A DNA stretch of 64,000 bases, from NCBI GenBank assembly GCA_001662655.1, contig KV460206.1; one strand, given 5' to 3'. The notes below the pieces were generated by a model. It had not been told where the DNA came from, ran no database searches, and saw only the letters and a program-made list of their open reading frames with translations. Made by a program: the position numbers and the translations under genes. Position 1 is the first letter of the stretch, and each line of letters starts with the position of its first letter. This DNA is from Pseudogymnoascus verrucosus. Taxonomy: Eukaryota. This document shows, one piece after another, positions 40,352 to 53,216 of the stretch.

Positions 40352-40943
40352 GGCGGCGCAGAGATAAGATGAAACCGAAGTACCAGGGCTGGCTCGAGGT
40401 GATGCGACAGGACGTATCTCGGGCGCAACAAGGCTCAGACTTTGCGCGCGTCAGGATGGACGGTCACCATTGACCTCCCCAATAAAAGCCGCGATATAAA
40501 TAGTCGAAAGGTGACAAGAGCGTCGCAGAATATTTTTTGTCGTTATCAAGATGCGATCTTGGGCTTCGAGAGGTGGGGGGTTTGGCCGGCGTGTATCGTT
40601 GATGAAGGCGGTGGGTGGTCGTAGCGGTATGTAGGTTGCCAGGTCGGATTCGGGTACCTTGCGTTGGTCTGTGTCTTGAGTGGCCGCGCGAAGCCGACCA
40701 CCTTGTGGATAAAGTGGGCAGGTATATCGTTTGGATCGTAAGTATACTTGAAGTATGTGCAGACGTGCAGGTGTGTAGATGAGAACAAGACGACGACAAC
40801 GCGAACAAAAGTCGCGCCCTGGTTATCGCGATATGAGTCGCGTAATCACGGAAGAAAGGTGTGGCGATTGAGGCGGAGGTGAGAAATAAGAGGAAGAGGA
40901 GGAGACAGGCTGAGGACTATTTTTGAAGGGGGGGGGGGGGGGG

Positions 40944-41054
40944 NNNNNNNNNNNNNNNNNNNNNNNNNNNNNNNNNNNNNNNNNNNNNNNNNNNNNNNNN
41001 NNNNNNNNNNNNNNNNNNNNNNNNNNNNNNNNNNNNNNNNNNNNNNNNNNNNNN
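40944..41054. other. Assembly gap (N run) next to a poly-G tract
   Basis: 111 N bases preceded by 16 G. Confidence 1.
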
Positions 41055-43479
41055 ATGAATGGAGTGAATGAATGGAGTGAATGAATGGAGTGAGGCAGAG
41101 AGGGAGATGATAATTATTGGGGAAATGAATATGATTTGTTGGGGGGGGGGGGTAGGGGGAGGTAGGAAAGTAGGCAGAATGTAGGCAGGTATGGTATGAA
41201 GAAGGTACACGAGGGAGTAGTAAGTGTGGTGTGTAGGTAGCTCTCTCTTCTTGGTGGTGGTAGGGGAGGTGGAGGTGGAGGAGAGGGAGGCAGGCAGGCA
41301 GGCAGGTGAAGAGAGGTGGAGGAGGAGGGAGAGGGAGGAGGGAGGAAGGAGGGAGGAGAATGGGACTGGTACCTGCTGTCTGGTGGGCTAGACTGGTAGT
41401 GCAGGTGTTAGATGGAGGTACTCTTGAAGTATACCCTGTGCATGAGGTATGAGATGGATCAGTGGTGAGGTGGGTTTTTAGAAGGGGCGATAGGTGGACG
41501 ATGCGACGGCGATGAGTGGGCGACAGGTGTGATTCAGCATTCAGTGTACCTGGCAGGTACAAGAAGCTTGGATTGATCGGGTGTTATGTATCTGGCGACA
41601 CCATATGAAAAGTGGTACCGTGACGGGAATAGCAGAGGTGGTGTACTAGCAGAGGTGGTGTACTGCAGAGGTGTACTAGTAGACGTGTGCTAGCACGAGA
41701 TGGTAGCTCAGCAGCATATTATACTAAGATTAGTAGAGAAAGGTACGATACTATGATACTATGATACGATGATACGATGATACGGCGATAGGAATACTGT
41801 ATATAAAATGGCTGGCTATTTGACGTTTATTTGGCGCATTAGTGTTATTACGGTAATACTCGAACACTCTACTCTGAAGCAAAACAACAGCAGCAGCAGC
41901 CATCAGACAAAGACAAAGTACATGCATGTCAGCACATTTCCTAGTCGAGTAGTCGAGTAGTCGAGTTAGTCGAGTAATACTCGCACCCTACTGGTACCTC
42001 GTACTATGCCCGCGCTCTCTTTCTTCCCGGTCGATGGCCGGAAAGAGCTCATGGCTTAGACTAGTCCATGCCCCATATAACCAACTCTCTCGGTAGATTG
42101 GTAGAAGGGGGCCATATGGGCTTATGGGGGAGAGTCTAGCTAGACTTCGCCTCTCCTACTCTACTGGTGGTTGGTCGTAGTTTCTTGCTGCTAGTTGCTG
42201 TTAGTTGCTGCTACATAAAGTTGCTGGTAGCTGAGTAGACTAAAAAGCTCAGGTGTGTGCCTTTCGCCGCCTGTCATTCGCCAAGCTACCAGTAAGTCCG
42301 GTAAGTATGAGCCGGAGTTGTATAAGCTACCAGACTTAGGAGCCACTTAGGTAAGTATAGTATTGTGTGTATAGTACTGTGCGTTATCGTATTGCGCGTC
42401 GTACTTTATCACACATCTACTCAACACCGAAGTTAAGAGAAAGTACACTTCTCTAACACCAACCAGATGCATAAGGCTAACAGGGATACTCAACCACCCT
42501 TCTCCTCCTACCTCCTCCCTCTGCCGCCCATAACCCTCTCAGCCCTTTCAACGGCCGAACCCAGACACACCACAGACCGACCAACACCCAGACCACCCAG
42601 ACCTTCTTCATCTCTACCAAACAGCAATCCCTACCCCTTCCCTGCCCCTTCCTGCCCTTCCCTGCCCAACTCTGCATCCTGTACTGTAACTTCAACTCTC
42701 CGATGCAATACCACTCTTCCCTGTCGCATACACTACCAGCCACGAGGTCTGACGTCTTTGCTGTAGAACCCCCCCGGACTACCTCAAACGACACCATCAT
42801 GTTTCTTCGCAGGGCGCTTCGAGAACTATCCCCTTGCTCTAGGCCCTCCTCACCGATATGCGCGTGAAATATAGACCAGGTACCCTATGGCCTGCCGTTC
42901 CACCTACCTACTATTTACGGGGTGCCGGATCTGACGTGACGACGACGACGCTGGTGGTGTTGGTCCTGCTGCACCGAAGCGGAAGGAATCGCTGCTGGCA
43001 AGGACAGGGTCCCTGGACCACCACCACCACCGCTCACACACATCCTGACAACCCACCACGACGCAGGCAGCGTCGTATCCATCCTTATCAAACCAACCTC
43101 TGCCCTCGCTCGGCCCGCGGGTGCGTGAGGAAGGACCGGCCGGCTGCTGCTAATACTGCCGGCCATCTGCGCGAGACGGTGCTGACGACACCCCGCCAAC
43201 GTTGCGGCATCCCGTGGACAATAAGCCGTTTAGCCGTTACTGTTGATGCGGTTGCCGTCAGAGGAGGAAAAGCCTGAGCCAGCGATGCTGGTGTTTTGAG
43301 TAGACGGTGGTGATTTATCTTCATATGATCTATTTCTCTATTTATGGAGCAAGAAGGCTGCACTGGCTGTGCCTTGCTATTTGTTCACACGGTTGTGCTT
43401 TATCTACAACATGTGCTCTTTGATATATCCATGTCCTCGCGTTAATCTACCTCCACCACCAACGCTCATACTCCAGCCC

Positions 43480-44452
43480 TCACAGTTGGTGGACAGGAGC
43501 TTCCGTCACCACCAAGCTCGACTTGATCTGCCCGATCTCGTCGTCGCTCAATTCGCAGTGCTCGCGGATATACCCTTCAGCCCCGCCATACCTCTCCCGG
43601 ATCATCGCCAGCGTTGCCATCATATTCTCAGCCCTGCATCCCGTTAGTCTCCACCTCTTGAGTATGGAAGTGAACTTACCTCGCACTGAGCATATTCAAC
43701 GCGCCGGTCCTATCAGAAGGTATTGTGTGCGACGCCATGAGGCCGGCGACGACCTCTTCTCTCCAATGAGCCAGCCCGACTTCCGTCAAGGAGTACTCAC
43801 GCGCAACGGTCTCGTCGTCCACACCGCAGAGGGAGAGAATCAACGCGCAGAGGACACCAGTCCTGTCTTTCCCAGCTGTGCAGTGGAGGAGCAGCGGCGA
43901 CGTCGGCCACTGTGCGATGTGGCGTAGAATTTGCGTGTATGACTGCGGGGCATTTTTGAGAATATCCTCATATGCCGCCGTGAACCCCTAGACGAACTTA
44001 GCTATTTCCCTATCCCTCCGAGCAATGCTTCTTCAAGCTGCCTGCACTATTCACTGGAGAAAGCTTACCTCGGGGCTACCGCTCTGGTAATTCTTGAACC
44101 GCACCATGAGGTTCTGCGGGCTGTAATCAACATCCGTAAATACCGGCGCAAACACCCTCTTACTGCCCTCAAACTCTACTACACCACCCCTACCAGCTGC
44201 CTCAGCCTTCTCAATTTCAGGATTCGACCGTAAGTCATAGACATGGGTGATTCCCAGCGACTTAATCGTTGTCCATCCATCCTCGTCGATCTTGCTGCTG
44301 GGAGCACCAGCGCGATAAATTACCCCGCGACGGATGGAGTTCTTGGAGCCAGGTACGGGATACCCGCCCAGATCGCGCAGATTAGGCAGACCTTCTACCT
44401 GGATGAAGGGAGGTGATGGCAAGGCCGCACTGCTGGAGGTGGAGGTAGACAT
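43480..44452 (-). CDS. Tyrosine/serine phosphatase, Y_phosphatase3 (IphP-like) family
   Basis: PNLRDLGGY, YDLRSNPE, catalytic HCTAGKDRTG, REYSLTEVGL, RYGGAEGY. Two introns. Confidence 0.9.
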
Positions 44453-44838
44453 TTTGGAATGTTGAGTTCTGAGAAATGTAAATTTACTGCTGTTCCTCTG
44501 ATGGGTCTGGACGTAGATAGACCGACTATCACAGCCGAGGTTCATTAATCGTAGCTTGGTAGACCGCATTGCTCTTTCAAATCCTTGGCAATTATACCGA
44601 TCTGCCTAGCTTTTGGGACCCTGAGACTACCATAACGACAGTGCAGCTTGCAAAGTCTATCTTGCATCTTAGACATCATGGATTGGTACCTGAATGGAGA
44701 GGGGAAATCGAAAGATATGAGATAGGTCACGTGATCATATGAGCTCAAAGCTCGAGTCTTGCCACCCTCAATATCAACTTAACATGATGACTGGGGGAGT
44801 ACTATCATTCATCCTCTCACATCGAAAAATGAGGCACA

Positions 44839-45580
44839 ATGCCTAACGAAAGCTACCCCCCTTCCAGAGAAGCACCTCCCCCCGCGCCGTCCCAAAACCA
44901 GACATCCGATGCCGACCCTCATACCACCACCACCGCCGCCGACCCCTCCTCGCCTCCCGACGAAAAGAGACAACGCATCCGCGTAAAGAACCGCAGGAAA
45001 ATGTACCTCGACACTCACCCCTCGTACTTCGACTCCCCCGACCTCGAAATAGTCGGTAAGTAACTCCCCCCCACCTTCAGCGAAGCACCATCTAACCACC
45101 CGCCCAGACCCCCTCCTCTACGACCGCTGCGTGCGGCGCTTCCAGACCAACGCCGAGCGCGAGGCCGACGGGCGGGCGAAGGGGTACTCAGGGGTGCTGG
45201 AGGCGGATCTGTATCGTTCTGAAGCCAAGCTCGCTGCGCTCTCCGGACGCGGGATGGGCGATGATGGCGCGGAGAGGCGGCAGGAGGATCTAGCGTATGT
45301 TCCTGGACCTGATGGGCAGGTGTTGCCGGAGGATGAGGATGAGGTGCCGAAGACGAAGGAGGAGGGGATGGAGAGGTGGAGGGAGGCTATGACGTTACGG
45401 TTTTTGAAGGGGGGGGATGAGGAGTTCGATTATGGGGAGGTGGATGGGAGGGAGGAGTGGGATGTTATTGAGCGGGAGGACGCGGAGGAGCATTGGTTTG
45501 AGGAGGAGGAGCCGGGGTGGGCGGAGGGAAGTCCGGAGGATAGCGAGAAGAGGGGGGAGACTGGAATACAGGATTTCTAA
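44839..45580 (+). CDS. CCDC97 (DUF2052) family protein
   Basis: RIRVKNRRKMYL, PLLYDRCVRRFQT, RFLKGGDEEFDYGEVD, EEHWFEEEEP. One intron (~45056-45107). Confidence 0.8.
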
Positions 45581-45760
45581 TATAATTATTATCGAGTATC
45601 AAATGTAGAGAAGGAGTCAGGAGAGGAACATCATGTGACGGGGATACACGTGACATGGGATTGACCCGCTAGACGAAATTTGCGTGAAGCGAGCTTGTAG
45701 CTTCGAAGAGACCACCGAGAAAATCTATTTAAACTCCGTCCACATCCCACCCACCTTAAA

Positions 45761-47022
45761 ATGCCACCCTCCTTAATACCGAAGAATTGTTCTTCAATTC
45801 TATCTTCTTCCCAATCGTCATGTAGGACGGGAACCATCAGAGTTGCGCAGCCTCTGCGCTCGTTCTCTGCCTCAACCAAAAATCAAGGTCCTACGTACCT
45901 TCGCCGGAAGCTGTACGCATGGCTCCATGGACCAGGAGCGGCATTCAAGGAGCCGATAGAGGGGGCTAACTATCTCGGAGCCTATGACAACAAGGGCAAC
46001 CTGAAGAGGGCGGCGACTGCTACTCCTGGAGAACCTCTGCCGCCGCCAAGGGCGTCTGATCTCAAGCCGTTCCCGAAAAACGATGATTTCGTGTCACAAC
46101 CTGTCACGAGTGAAGCGTTGAGGGAAGCGGTGTGGGAGAGGATTATGAAGAATGGCCTCTCTGTCAAGGAAGTCAGCAAGGAGCTCGGAATCGAGATGAG
46201 CCGCGTTGGCGCTATTGTGCGGTTGAAGGAAGTCGAGAAGGCATGGCAACGTCAGGTAAGACTCCACATTTCTCTACTACTCAATCCCACCAGCCTTGTC
46301 ATCAAGGACTGAAGACACTTTATGATGATTGTATAAAATCGATTAGTCTATAAGACAAAACACATGGTTACAATACACACGCATGCGAGCCTCTCTGAAT
46401 AGTGTTCCCCAACATTTTGGATTTTAACAGACTGCTTTCTATATTCAGCAAAGCTAACATTCAATCCCAGGGCAAACGTCTCGCGAAACCATACTCGAGA
46501 GCAGTCATGGCAATGCTGCCCCAGACTCCCTACCCGAATACGTCATGGACCGGCGTAGTGCAACCCCACGAATCCATCAACGACCTCCCCGTCCACGCTG
46601 CCACCCAACAGCAGATCTTCTACCCCACCTCCGAATCCAGACAATTCACCCGCGTCGACGCCGCCCGCATCTTCGCTGACGGCCTCCTCCCCGCTGACTT
46701 GCGCGTCCCCCACCCCGAGTTAATCGAGGACGAACGCCTCCGCCTCGAAGGCGTGGGCGCCAAGGACATCGCTGAGCGCGCCGAGGCGCGTAGCAAGGAG
46801 GCCTATGAGAAGAAGGCTGCTTTCGACGAGCGCAAGCGCGCCCGCGAGGCCGCGGCTCTCAAGGTTGTCCCGGGTGTGAGGTGGGACTTCAAGTTCCGCG
46901 AGGTCAGTGTCGATGCTGCCGGTGAGACTGGCAGGGGCAAGAACGGTACGGGCTGGAGATATGGTGTCCCGCTGTACGACAGGCGGAGGGGCGAGATCAA
47001 GATCCCTACCAGGGTGGCCTGA
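45761..47022 (+). CDS. Mitochondrial small-subunit ribosomal protein mS45 (Mrps35/Bot1-like)
   Basis: Basic N-terminal presequence, PFPKNDDFVSQPVTSEALRE, RVGAIVRLKEVEK, SESRQFTRVDAA, GWRYGVPLYDRRRGEIK. Intron 46256-46470. Confidence 0.85.
46314..46406 (+). ncRNA. Intronic box C/D snoRNA with two LSU rRNA antisense elements
   Basis: Box C ATGATGA 46322-28, box D CTGA 46395-98, C'-like ATGGTTA 46364-70, terminal stem GACACT/AGTGTT. Guides TCGATTAGTCT and TGCGAGCCTC match conserved 25S rRNA AGACUAAUCGA and GAGGCUCGCA (rRNA sequence recalled, not searched). Confidence 0.8.
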
Positions 47023-47441
47023 GTGTGTTTGGATAAGAGGCCTGTATAAAGTAAAGTTGCTGTTAAGGGCGTTTTTTTGGGAGCATTCATTCAGCCTTGT
47101 ACAGTACGATTTGTGGATGGGAGCATTTTCACTGAGCGTTAGAGCGCCAGGTATTATAGCCTTGTAGGATGAGAGATATTATATGTATAGATTGATTGGG
47201 CCATTGATGGCTGTATCTCAAGAATCAAATCAAATTCAAGAGATATATGAACGAGTTTACTAGAGTGTTGCTACTATCTAAAGAGTGTTTGTTGTTGCCC
47301 GTGGAATTTGGTTATCATTGTTGTTGATTGTTGTTGATTTCTGCCCTCTTGATTATATCAGGTTATAAGGGGCAACATAGTCCAATATTTAGCATAAATT
47401 ATATAATTTTTTTTAGATCCCAACGTAACTTGTTTCTACAT

Positions 47442-49291
47442 CTACATCCTGAAGACACCAAACTTGGTGGGCTTGACCTCGTTCTTTCCACCCATCGCAG
47501 CCATCAGTCCCAGTCCCAAAACCTTCCTCGTTTGGCTGGGCAAAATCACACCATCGTCCTATCTCCAAGTTAGCAAATGACCTCGCAGAGCCACCAACAC
47601 ACGGGATCAAACTCACCCATAACCTCGCACTCGAGAACACTGCCTCGCTCTCCCTCTCTATCCTCGACTTCAACTCCGGATCCACCTTCTTCCCCACCGC
47701 CTCCATCACCTTACTCAACTGCTCCCCTCCCATCACCCCAATCTTCGCATTGGGCCACATCCACATAAACCTCGGGCTATACGCGCGTCCACACATGCCA
47801 TAGTTCCCCGCGCCATTACTCGCGCCCACCACGACCGTGAACTTGGGCACATTCGCGCACGCGACCGCCGTCACAAGCTTCGCGCCATTCTTTGCGATCC
47901 CCTCACGCTCCGCATCGAGCCCAACCATGAACCCCGAGATATTCTGGAGGAATACGAGCGGGACGCCGCGCTGGGCACACAGCTCGATGAAGTGCGCGCC
48001 CTTGAGCGAGGACGACGAGAACAAAATCCCATTATTCGCCACGATGCCCACCTTGTGGCCGTAGATGTGCGCGAACCCCGTGACGAGGCTAGATCCGTAG
48101 TCCTTCTTGAACTCGGAGAAGTGCGAGCCGTCGACTATGCGGGCGATGATCTCGTGGACGTCGAGCGGACGACGCAGGTTGGTGGAGGCGATGCCGATGA
48201 GCTCCTCTGGGTCGTGGAGGGGTTCCTCGTAGGTGCTTGGCTCGGGGAAGGGCTTCTGGGGCCAGTTGAGGTTGGAGATGGAGCGGCGCGCGAGGATGAG
48301 CGCGTGCGCGTCGTCGACGGCGAGGTAGTCTGCCACGCCCGAGGTGGAGGTGTGCATTTGCCCGCCGCCGAGGTCCTCTTGGCTTACTACTTCGCCGGTG
48401 GCGGCTTTGACGAGGGGTGGGCCCGCGAGGAAGATGTGGCCCTGCCCGTCGACGATGATGCTCTCGTCGCTCATGGCGGGGACGTAGGCGCCGCCTGCGG
48501 TGCAGGGACCCATGACTACGGCGATCTGGGGGATTCCTTGGGAGCTCATCCGCGCTTGGTTGTAGAAGATTCGGCCGAAGTGGTCGCGGTCGGGGAAGAC
48601 GTCTGCTTGGTGGGGGAGGTTGGCACCGCCGGAGTCGACCAAGTATATGCAACTATTGTTAAGGCATCGTTAGCTGGCTGTTGCGACGGCTCCACGAGAG
48701 GTTATTAAGAATCCCTTGGAAGAGTACTTACGGTAGGTTATTCTCCTCTGCAATAGCCTGCGCCCTCAAGTGCTTCTTCACCGTAATTGGGTAATATGTG
48801 CCGCCCTTCACCGTACTATCATTTGCAACAATCATGCACGTCACACCCTCCACAACACCCACGCCCGTAATGATACCTCCCGCCGGCACGTCCTCCCCAT
48901 ACAATCCCTCCCCCGCCAGCGACGACAACTCCAGGAACGACGTCCCTGGATCAATCAGTGCCGTCACACGGTCCCGCGGCAGCATCTTGTTGCGCGCGAT
49001 ATGCTTGTCCCTGGCCTTGGGCGGGCCGCCCTGGCGAACCTTCTTTGTGAGCGTCTCGAGCTTCGCGATCACCTCGCCCATCTGCTTCGCATTCTCCTGG
49101 TACTCCGGCGACGAGGGGTCGACGTTCGTGGGGAGCACGGAGATGGCATTGGCCTGGTGGGGAGGCACGAAGGTCGCTGCTCCGCGGATTGAGCTTCTTG
49201 AGGTGAGAAGGGTTGCTGTTACTGGTGCGCGGTGCTGGGATGCGCGGAGGGTGCTGGCGAGCAGCTTCCGTGAAGCGCGGCTTGCAGACAT
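47442..49291 (-). CDS. mccB: 3-methylcrotonyl-CoA carboxylase beta subunit
   Basis: [65 protein letters not shown]-terminus FGVFRM. Two introns. Confidence 0.96.
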
Positions 49292-49607
49292 GATGTTCTA
49301 TTCGATACTATCTCGAGAGTTCTCAAAAGTAATTAAACCTGCAAGAATCCAGAGTTAAATGTTTTCGTGACCTGCATTCGTTCGTCAGTGTCTATGCCGC
49401 CCGAGGTTGGCAGCGGAGGAAAGGCTATTGGCGGCTTTCTGCGGCAACCGTGGTTATCAGCGACGTTCGGCTTAGTGCGGTCTCCCCGCCATAAATGATG
49501 ATTGCAGATGAAACATTTGTACATTTCAACCTTGTATAATATAAAGTTTCTCAGTTCGAGATTCTATATTATAACAATTACAGCTATAACAGCACGAATC
49601 TCACATC

Positions 49608-50949
49608 ATGGCTGCCCCCTCAGTCCTCTTACGCCGAACTCTCCGCCCTCTCTCGAACATCAAACCCCAATCCCTCGCTCCGCTCATAGCCTCCCGCAAC
49701 GCCTCCTCCAAACACCCCAAAGGCTTCGTCGCCCCGACCCCCTCAGACCTCGCCGAGCTGCGCGAACGAGTCCAAGAGTTCACACGCCGCGAGATCCCCG
49801 AAGAAGTCGCCGCCCACACCGACAAATCCAATGAGTTCCCCGCGACAATGTGGAAGAAGCTCGGCGACGCAGGCCTCCTCGGCATCACAGTCGACGAGGA
49901 CGTCGGCGGTCTCGCAATGGGCTACCAAGCCCACGCCATAGTGATGGAAGAGCTTTCCCGCGCCTCCGGCAGCATCGCCCTTTCCTACGCCGCACACTCC
50001 CAGCTCTGCGTCAACCAACTCCAGCTCAACGGCTCGCCCGCGCAGAAGGAGAAGTACCTCCCCGGCCTGATCGCAGGCGACAAAGTCGGCGCGCTCGCCA
50101 TGTCCGAGAGCGGTGCCGGCAGCGACGTCGTCGGCATGCGCACGACAGCCAAGAAGGTCGATGGCGGCTACGAACTCAACGGTACCAAGATGTGGATCAC
50201 CAACGGCCCCGACGCGGACTACATCGTCGTGTACGCGAAGACCGAGCCCGAGGCTGGATCCAAGGGCATCACAGCCTTCATCGTCGAGACGGCGACCTCG
50301 CCCGGCTTCGCTGTCTCGCGCAAGCTCGACAAGATGGGCATGCGCGGCAGCAACACCGGCGAGCTGGTCTTCGACTCGGTGTTCGTGCCCGAGGCGCAGA
50401 TCCTCGGCTCCATCAACCGCGGCGTTAAGGTGCTGATGGAGGGCCTCGACATCGAGCGTCTCGTGCTGTCAGCGGGTCCGCTGGGCCTGATGCAGGCGGC
50501 GCTCGACGTGACGCTGCCGTTCACGCACCAGCGTAAGCAGTTCGGCGCGCCGATCGCGCACAACCAGCTCGTACAGGGCAAGCTGGCGGATATGTACACG
50601 AAGCTGCAGGCGAGCAGGGCGTATACGTATGAGACTGCACGGAGGGTGGATGAGGTGGGGGAGATCCGCACGCAGGATTGTGCGGGGGCTATTCTGTATG
50701 CGGCGGAGCGCGCGACGGAGTGTGCGCTCGATGCGATACAGTTGTTGGGCGGGATGGGGTATATGGAGGAGATGCCGGTGAGCAGGATATTGAGAGAGTG
50801 AGTCTTGTTCCTGTGTTATTTTGGGTGAGCGGGTGCTAACTGTGACGTTTAGTGCGAAGCTTTATGAGATTGGAGCGGGGACGTCGGAGATCAGGAGGAT
50901 GGTTATTGGGAGGGCCTTCAACAAGGAGTATGCTGGGCAGGGGCTATGA
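49608..50949 (+). CDS. ivdA: Isovaleryl-CoA dehydrogenase
   Basis: [47 protein letters not shown]. Last exon [18 protein letters not shown] after intron ~50798-50851. Confidence 0.95.
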
Positions 50950-51491
50950 GGTCATGGTTGGCATAGAATAGACGGCGCAAGTGGCTCTGAACAGGAGGTA
51001 TTGGAAATCAAACAGCATCATTACACGGATATGGGAGTCATATGAAAGGAAGTGTGATTGTATATAGAAGCCGGCTGTAGGAACTATCGGCGGAATGAGC
51101 GGCCTATGGCGTCAAGTTATCGACGAAGGCATTACAACAGTTAGCGAAGCACATTGTCATCACGAAGCGTCATTGTATTTGAAGTATTTTTTGTGTTATT
51201 AACTGTGATAATGAATCTATATGTGGGTATCATGTGTATCTCGCTCTACTACGCCTCCAAAAAGGAAACGTTTGTGTGTGTGAACACAAAGGCAATCAAT
51301 CTATGCCATGTCTTCCTCCACATCTGGTGTGTATGCTCCGAGTGTTTCCAATTCCACGTATGTCCCGCCTGCCTTGGCCATGCATCCTTCCCGTTACTTT
51401 GGTAATCAAAATCCTTCCCATCCAAACTAGGTGTATATGCATCTTCAACTAACCAATTTTAGAGTAGTGAATATCCAATCCTGCATCCACA

Positions 51492-53069
51492 TCATAACGA
51501 GCCAAGTGGCCTTCCAAAATTCGGCGTCTGCTTAAGTTTAAGCATGGGAATATCATCCGTCGACGCTATAGCGACCAGGCCCTCGCCATCTTCATCGTCA
51601 TCTCTCCTTGATCCATTTACCCGCCCAATAGCCCGTAGTGCATTCTGTAGCACCTGCCCATCGCTCAGCTCCTGCTCATCCAACTCCTCTGTCCTCTCGC
51701 TCTCCGCCACTTCCTCAAGCTTGCTCGTCAGAGCAGCGAGGAACTGCTTATCCTCAGGCGCATCATTAGTCAGGCCCAGCGGACCTGAGAGTTCTGGGTC
51801 CTCAATTGGAGACTCATCCTGCTCGACAACAGTAGGTATGGATTCCTGGCTTCGCGCTGAGGACTTCGGCGTTGTGACCCCACTATCGCCGAGATCGAAG
51901 TGAATCACCGAATGGTTCGGCGTATGTCCTGCGTGCATCGTAAGCCTGCGGCCCTCGGGCTGCTTGATAATATCCCGGGCCTTTCTTGGGCCCAGCATCG
52001 GACTGTGGCGGTCGTAGCTTTGGCTGGGTCGCGGCGGCGGTGCAGTATCAGGGGAGAATTTATTAGGCGACATAATGGTGCTGGATGGACTGCGTATTTG
52101 GGCCGCGAACATGGGAGCCACCGCGGATGACTTGATGGGTACGCCCTCCAGTTCGGGCTGGATGAGCGAGATGTCGATGCTGTCGCCTATCACGGTGTCT
52201 TCACGAGGTGAAAACTGCTCGCCTGAATCGGGGCTTTTTTGGAAGTCTGATTCACTGAGTTCTTTGGATGTCACACGAATGCCGGTCTCGCGTAGAGTAA
52301 ACATGTCATCGACCCGCTGGTCTATAGTGGATGTGCCCTCGAATGTCCTTGATGGATGTTGTGGGGCAGGGGCATAGAAGGGGCTGCCATCAGGATTGCG
52401 GCCAGATTCCTGGGTCACCGATCTCGAGAGCGGGGACCCAAGATTGCTACCTCGAGAGGTGGCCGCATCTGAGGTAATGCTTGGGCTCTGCTGCACATAT
52501 GCTTTCTGCGTAGCATCAACAGGGGGTGGTAAAGCAGAAGTGGCAGGAGATTTTCGAGAAGGACCAGTGAATGCCGCAAGTTGTGCTTCGAGTTCCGCGA
52601 TGCGCTCCTCATACAATGCGCGCTCCTTGTCCCAGAGTGACCGCTCCTCCGCCATCACCTCTTCGGCTCGAGCCCTGTCCGCCTCCATGTGTGCCTTCTC
52701 GCCCAGGAATTGTTCTCGTTGCCTCCTTGTAAATTCTCGCCAGTCGTCGACCTGCTCGACACCTTTACCATTGAGAGACGTCGAGCGGCTGATCGGTGGG
52801 GAGACGAGACGGCCCTTCTGGTAGTAGTGCGGGGATAAGGCTGAGGGTGAGGTTTTGATGGTGGAAGGCGGGGAAGGAAGATCGTTCGTGTAGTTTCGGC
52901 TACTGGGTATGTTCTTGCTGGAAGGTTGGTTGACGTAGGCAGGTGCGCCTCCTGGAAGGGTGAACCCTTTCGGCGAAACAGGTGACTCTGAGGGGTGTTG
53001 CCGTTCGAGCGGCTCGGACTGCTCCATATGACTGACCGCGGTGAAGTGATCGGGTAGTTGTGTTGCCAT
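51492..53069 (-). CDS. Hypothetical protein (525 aa, S/P-rich, one coiled coil)
   Basis: Long uninterrupted ORF, coiled coil RRQREQFLGEK...ELEAQL, motifs RLTMHAGHTPNHS and NFGRPLGSL. Confidence 0.8.
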   Translation of the reverse strand: MATQLPDHFTAVSHMEQSEPLERQHPSESPVSPKGFTLPGGAPAYVNQPSSKNIPSSRNYTNDLPSPPSTIKTSPSALSPHYYQKGRLVSPPISRSTSLNGKGVEQVDDWREFTRRQREQFLGEKAHMEADRARAEEVMAEERSLWDKERALYEERIAELEAQLAAFTGPSRKSPATSALPPPVDATQKAYVQQSPSITSDAATSRGSNLGSPLSRSVTQESGRNPDGSPFYAPAPQHPSRTFEGTSTIDQRVDDMFTLRETGIRVTSKELSESDFQKSPDSGEQFSPREDTVIGDSIDISLIQPELEGVPIKSSAVAPMFAAQIRSPSSTIMSPNKFSPDTAPPPRPSQSYDRHSPMLGPRKARDIIKQPEGRRLTMHAGHTPNHSVIHFDLGDSGVTTPKSSARSQESIPTVVEQDESPIEDPELSGPLGLTNDAPEDKQFLAALTSKLEEVAESERTEELDEQELSDGQVLQNALRAIGRVNGSRRDDDEDGEGLVAIASTDDIPMLKLKQTPNFGRPLGSL

Positions 53070-53123
53070 GTGGAGGTGGCTCCGGTAATATCAACGAAGC
53101 CTGCTGCAGGCCATATGGTAGGA

Positions 53124-53216
53124 GGTGAATGTTGAGGTCGGCGATTCGAGATTCAGGCTTGTGAACGGTGAATGTTGAGGTCGGCGATTCGAGATTCAGG
53201 CTTGTGAACGGTGAAT
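53124..53216. repeat. 43-bp tandem repeat, 2 perfect copies plus a partial third
   Basis: GGTGAATGTTGAGGTCGGCGATTCGAGATTCAGGCTTGTGAAC at 53124 and 53167. Confidence 0.92.

Noticed and set aside
40846..43363. ORFs upstream of WHI3, including ones spanning the N gap
   Set aside because: Low-complexity or gap-spanning, with no motif support.
47400..50950. High-GC codon usage in mccB/ivdA as a sign of horizontal transfer
   Set aside because: Both have spliceosomal introns and mitochondrial presequences, and RSR1 and mS45 show similar GC3.
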